Of a stretch of DNA of 64,000 nt, positions 63,001 to 64,000 are shown piece by piece (position 1 is the stretch's first letter; every line of letters starts with the position of its first letter). The notes beneath the pieces are model-generated. The model worked only from the letters and a program-made list of their open reading frames with translations. It did not search any database and had not been told where the DNA came from. Made by a program: the position numbers and the translations under genes. The DNA comes from Hamiltosporidium tvaerminnensis FI-OER-3-3 (lineage: Eukaryota > Fungi > Microsporidia), in the NCBI GenBank assembly GCA_022605425.2, contig CM061255.1, positions 558,001-622,000 of the forward strand, given 5' to 3'.

Positions 63001-63978
63001 AATTTATAATCAGCTATGATAAATACATATTTTAACCTCATTTTCATCGTTTTATATATTAAACGATATATTTTTAAAGATTTGTATACATGTCAGCAAT
63101 TAACAACAACTAAGGAAAATGTTTATCCTGGTTTTTAGTACTTCTTAATATTCATTATTTTACAAAATGAATTGATAGTACAAAAATGAAATCTCTAATT
63201 AATAACAAAAGAGAAACATTATTAAAATCGAACTCTGAATAAATAATCGGTTGCAATCTTACTGTTAAAAATTAGCACATTGATAGTTACTTACTACCTT
63301 TAAAAATTATAAGCTTTAAAAATATTTTTTTTACAACGTACTATTAAGACGTGCATAGATACATTTCAAATAATTTATAGAATACCATCAATCTCAACTA
63401 TGATCAATTCTAATGAATCAAGAGCGTATTTGTGAAGTAATAAAAATTTTTAAATTAATATAAGTTATTTGAAATCAAGGCTTTTTACAATACATATGGC
63501 GGTTCTGTAAAAGTAAATAAAATTATATAGTGCAGACAACCTGATTATTCTATACATTATGAATAAGGCTTGATAAAATTAGTAATTTTAATAATTTTAC
63601 GAAACTAACATTATTTATTACATAACCTGATTAATATTAATACAAGTATAACTTCTATAGTCATTTTAATAACTCGATAAGTATTTGGAAAAATGTGCCT
63701 AGTTTAATGTTTGTAGTCAAATCAGCAATGCTTAAAGGTATGTTGTTTGTACTACCCTAAACTTCAAAAAGTACACGATTATTTTCATAAAATTTTTTTT
63801 TTTAATTTTGATTAGAAAAAAATTGTTGCAGCTATTTCTTTATAAATGTTCGTTGGTTTTCTAAAGAATAAAATTCGGGAACCGAAGTAAACTGATCTAA
63901 GTGATATGAAGCATCTTTTGGAAGAACGCCTGAATGTATCGTGATTACAAAAGATAAAATACAAATTGCAACAAGTTG
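60022..63978 (-). repeat. Right arm of ~4 kb inverted segmental duplication containing MSH5
   Basis: Reverse-complement match to 1-3959 with scattered substitutions and small indels. Confidence 0.97.
60218..62865 (-). pseudogene. MSH5: MutS homolog 5, copy 2, 1-nt deletion near 61596
   Basis: Copy 1 AAA AAT ATA ACC reads AAA AAT TAA CC here, ending ORF 61594-62961. The ATPase half continues in another frame (60218-61477). CGA is intact at 62689-62691. Confidence 0.85.
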
Positions 63979-64000
63979 CGCATTTTATTCCTATCTATAT

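Noticed and set aside
1-64000. CRISPR arrays, rRNA, tRNA, spliceosomal introns
   Set aside because: No regularly spaced repeats, rRNA-like sequence or cloverleaf around GGTTCGA hits, and no intron is needed to explain any called gene. A tRNAscan/Infernal run would be definitive.

Overview
Very AT-rich, gene-sparse, transposon-rich eukaryotic DNA. It is most likely a large-genome microsporidian, inferred from the reduced, divergent, intronless housekeeping genes and a CCC motif just upstream of many start codons. A ~4 kb inverted duplication brackets the window. Each arm carries the meiotic gene MSH5, and the two copies are broken by different, complementary lesions: a CGA>TGA stop in the left copy and a 1-nt deletion in the right copy. 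Between the arms lie NSE2/MMS21, an amino-acid permease, PCC1, an IRE1 with a degenerate kinase site but intact RNase motif, CDC37, a prefoldin-like gene, PRP40, RPS28, a bystin-like gene and several secreted orphan proteins. Mobile DNA comprises five copies of an R4/Dong-like RLE non-LTR retrotransposon (one intact), two Ginger-like TIR elements plus an end fragment, a Merlin element, a Helitron remnant, a hAT MITE, an RTE-derived short retroposon and an unclassified ~630-bp repeat family. In both full-length RLE copies the target-site duplications place the element 5' end at the start codon (A-ATG), and most insertion sites contain AATTT(T). No rRNA, tRNA or CRISPR array was recognised. All family assignments come from motif recognition by eye, not database searches.
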